Source: an uncultured delta proteobacterium
GTDB taxonomy: Bacteria; Myxococcota; UBA727; VGSZ01
NCBI GenBank assembly: GCA_963775425.1
Contig: CAVZJB010000006.1
Coordinates: forward strand, 96,001 to 160,000
DNA: 64,000 bases
Direction: 5' to 3'
Each line of letters begins with the position of its first letter. Positions within the stretch are counted from its first letter, which is position 1. This document shows, in pieces, positions 61,601 through 64,000 of the stretch. The position numbers and the translations under genes are program-made. The notes below the pieces were generated by a model that saw nothing but the letters and a program-made list of their open reading frames with translations, was not told the origin of the DNA and made no database searches.

Positions 61601-64000
61601 CCGACACCGGGGCCTTTGTTCACGTCGTCAAGCTGCCCGAGGGCGACAGCGACCTCGTCGTCGAGGCCACCGACCCCACCGGCAACGTCGGCCGCATCAA
61701 GCGCGCGGTCAACGTCGACACCACCGGCTGGTTCGCGCTCCTCCTCGCCGACACGGCGTTCGGCGGCGACGGCGCCGACCTCGGCGAACGCACACCCTTC
61801 ACCTCGGTCAAGCTCGGCGACACGTTCCTCTACGGTCGCGGCGCGGCGTTCGTGCAGGGCCGCTGGCACGGGCCCTGGATGTTCCAGGACTACGCGCTCA
61901 CGCTCGACGTCGACACGCGCCGCTGGCAGAGCGACGTCTTCGATCCCGAGCTCATCGATCCCGAGCGCTTCTTCCCCGTCTACGGCGACTCCTCCGTCGA
62001 AAACGTCGACGCCACACGCTCCGCGTTCCCGCTCTACGTCGACCTCAAGGCGGACAGCTCGAGCCTCATCGTCGGCAACGTGCGCACGGACCTCCAGGCC
62101 GGGTCGCTGTTCCGCTACCAGCGCGCGCGCAGCGGCGCCCAGCTCGTGTTCGACCGCGGCTGGACCGCGCCCCTCGAGACGCCGTACGCCAGGGTGAACG
62201 GGCACGCCGACGGCCCGGCGGCAGCGGCGGACAACAATCCGTGGCGCACCACGGTGACCACGTTCGTGGCCGGCGGCGGCGGACAGCGGCACGCGCGCGT
62301 CGAGCTGCTCGGCACGGGATCGAGCGTGTACTTCCTGCGGCACGAACGCGTGGTCGAGGGCAGCGAGAGCGTCGCCATCATCGTCCGCGACGCCGTCACC
62401 GGCGCGGAGGTCTCGCGCACGCCGCAGGTGCGCGACGTCGACTACAACATCCGCTACGACGAGGGCCGGGTGATGTTCAAGGAGCCCGTGGGCGCGTTCG
62501 CCGACGACATCTCGGGGCTCACCATCAACCACAACCTCGGGCAGGTGCAAAACGCCGACCGCGTCTTCGTCGAGGTCGAGTACGAGCACCAGGAGGACGA
62601 CCCCTTCATGGGCGTCGGCGCCGGCGCCCAGTTGAAGCAGCGCGTGCTCGGCCACGCCGAGGTCGGCGGCGGCTACGTGTATGAGTCCCGCGAGGGCGGC
62701 GCGCTCGGGTACCAGCTCGGCGGCGGACACGTGAGGCTGTTCGTCGACGACAACACGTGGATCCAGGGCGAGCTGCTCGGGTCGCAGTCGGTGGACGCCG
62801 GCAACTTCGTGTCCCTCGACGGCGGCCTCACCTATTCGTCGCTCGGCCAGAGCCTCGATCAGAAGGACGGGCAGATCGGCCGCCAGATCTTCCCCGCCGA
62901 CCGCGCCGGTGTCGCCTTCAAGCTCGAGGGCAACGCGCAGCTCGGCACGACGCTCGGCCGCAAGGACAACGCCGACGCCAACCTCCACGCGTACGTGCAG
63001 CAGTTGCAGCCGGGCTTCTTCGCCGACGCGTCCATCGTCGAGCAGGGGCAGACCAAGTGGGGCACCGAGGCCGCCTGGCGCATCGTCGACGACGGCAAGC
63101 TCAAGCTCCGCTACGACGGCGTGGTGAGCGAGATCCCCGAGGTGCAGCCGCTCACCGAGTTCCGCACGCTGCATCGCGAGATCGCCACGGCGCACTACGA
63201 GCACCGGGTGCTCGCGCCGCTGACCGTCTTCGGCGAGTACGGCTTCGGCTACACCTACGACAGCGGATCGTTCGGCCGGAGCGCCATCGCGCCGTCGCAC
63301 GACTTCGTCACCAACGTCGTCGCGCTCGGCGTCGACTGGCAGCTCCTCGAGCGCGTCGAGCTCGGCTTGAAGCAGGAGCTCGTGCTCACCGGCGATCCCA
63401 ACCAGCTCAAGGGGCCGCTCGATCAGCTCGTGAGCCACCTGCTCGTCAAGTACGCGCTCACCGAGGACCTCTCGCTCGTCGGCGGCAGCGACCTGCGTTG
63501 GAGCGGCGAGAACCAGGAGCACCTCGGCGTCTCCTACGCCATCAACAAGGGCGCGCGCGTCTACGCGAGCGAGCGCGTGGGCGTGCTGCCCGCGCCCGTC
63601 ACCGGCACCATGGGCTTCAACACCACCACCGTCGTCGGCGGGGAGACCGACGTCGGGCCCGGCTCGCAGGCGTACGCCGAGTACCAGCTCGACGGCGGCT
63701 TCTCCGGCGATCAGAGCCGCGGCGTCGTCGGCTTGAAGACCGCGTACCGCCTGCCGTTCGGCTTCGCGCTCAACTTCGGCTACGAGCGCATCATGCTGGT
63801 CGGCGGCACGGTGCCCACCACCGAGGGCGGCAACGTCCCGCCGGGCGCCTTCACCGACGGCACCTTCTACGCCGCGCCCGGCGCCAACGCGGGCGGCGCG
63901 TTCCTCGCCGGCGAAGGCTCGCGCGACGCGGTGTCGGCGGGGGTCGAGCTCAAGCGCGGCGAGGCCGTCGTCGCCAGCCAGCGCTTCGAGCTGCGCTACG
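49689..64000 (+). CDS. Giant (>4700 aa, partial) cell-surface protein: N-terminal domain, about 17 DUF11 repeats, SdrD-B-like domains, two OmpA-C-like domains, an Ig domain and a C-terminal beta-barrel-like region
   Basis: Manual translation: the frame with positions = 1 mod 3 appears open from 49786 to the window end. The signal peptide is in another frame (indel near 49800), and there are compensating indels near 53573 and 53912. Repeats read TK...PGD.(L/V).Y.(I/V)...N.G......V.V.D.LP. Confidence 0.88.

Noticed and set aside
56182-63522. 2446 aa minus-strand ORF
   Set aside because: It is the antisense shadow of the giant plus-strand gene, caused by high-GC codon bias, and has no recognisable motifs.

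Overview
Very GC-rich, gene-dense bacterial chromosome segment. The gene content (AgmX/GltJ-like gliding protein, Cys-rich Pal, FHA/Ser-Thr kinase pair, GEGEG/PGRS-type lipoproteins) points to a Myxococcota-type organism, which is an inference. I found no rRNA, tRNA, CRISPR array or transposase. From left to right: a molybdo-hydroxylase maturation cluster; ppc; a PG-binding/phage-tail-type lysozyme; a MaoC/Had dehydratase pair whose catalytic subunit has a histone-H1-like tail; a UbiB/ABC1 kinase plus Mla/MCE transporter operon; a deoxynucleoside kinase; RluA; AgmX/GltJ; pfkA; an orphan signalling group with a FliK/SctP-like gene; an AGPS-like flavoprotein/Fe-S/lipid kinase operon; an FHA-GAF pseudo-cyclase plus kinase; dnaJ; MATE; pal-cpoB; a large Ig/Gly-rich lipoprotein; a heavy-metal RND pair; and a >14 kb surface-protein gene running off the right edge that the ORF track misses. 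The two best candidates for something undescribed are (1) the MCE transporter, with two different permeases and two different ATPases whose motif defects are complementary (one active and one dead ATP site), coupled to a UbiB kinase, and (2) the >4700 aa DUF11-repeat/OmpA/beta-barrel protein. About eight apparent small indels suggest an error-prone assembly. All domain calls are by eye from motifs; no searches were run.
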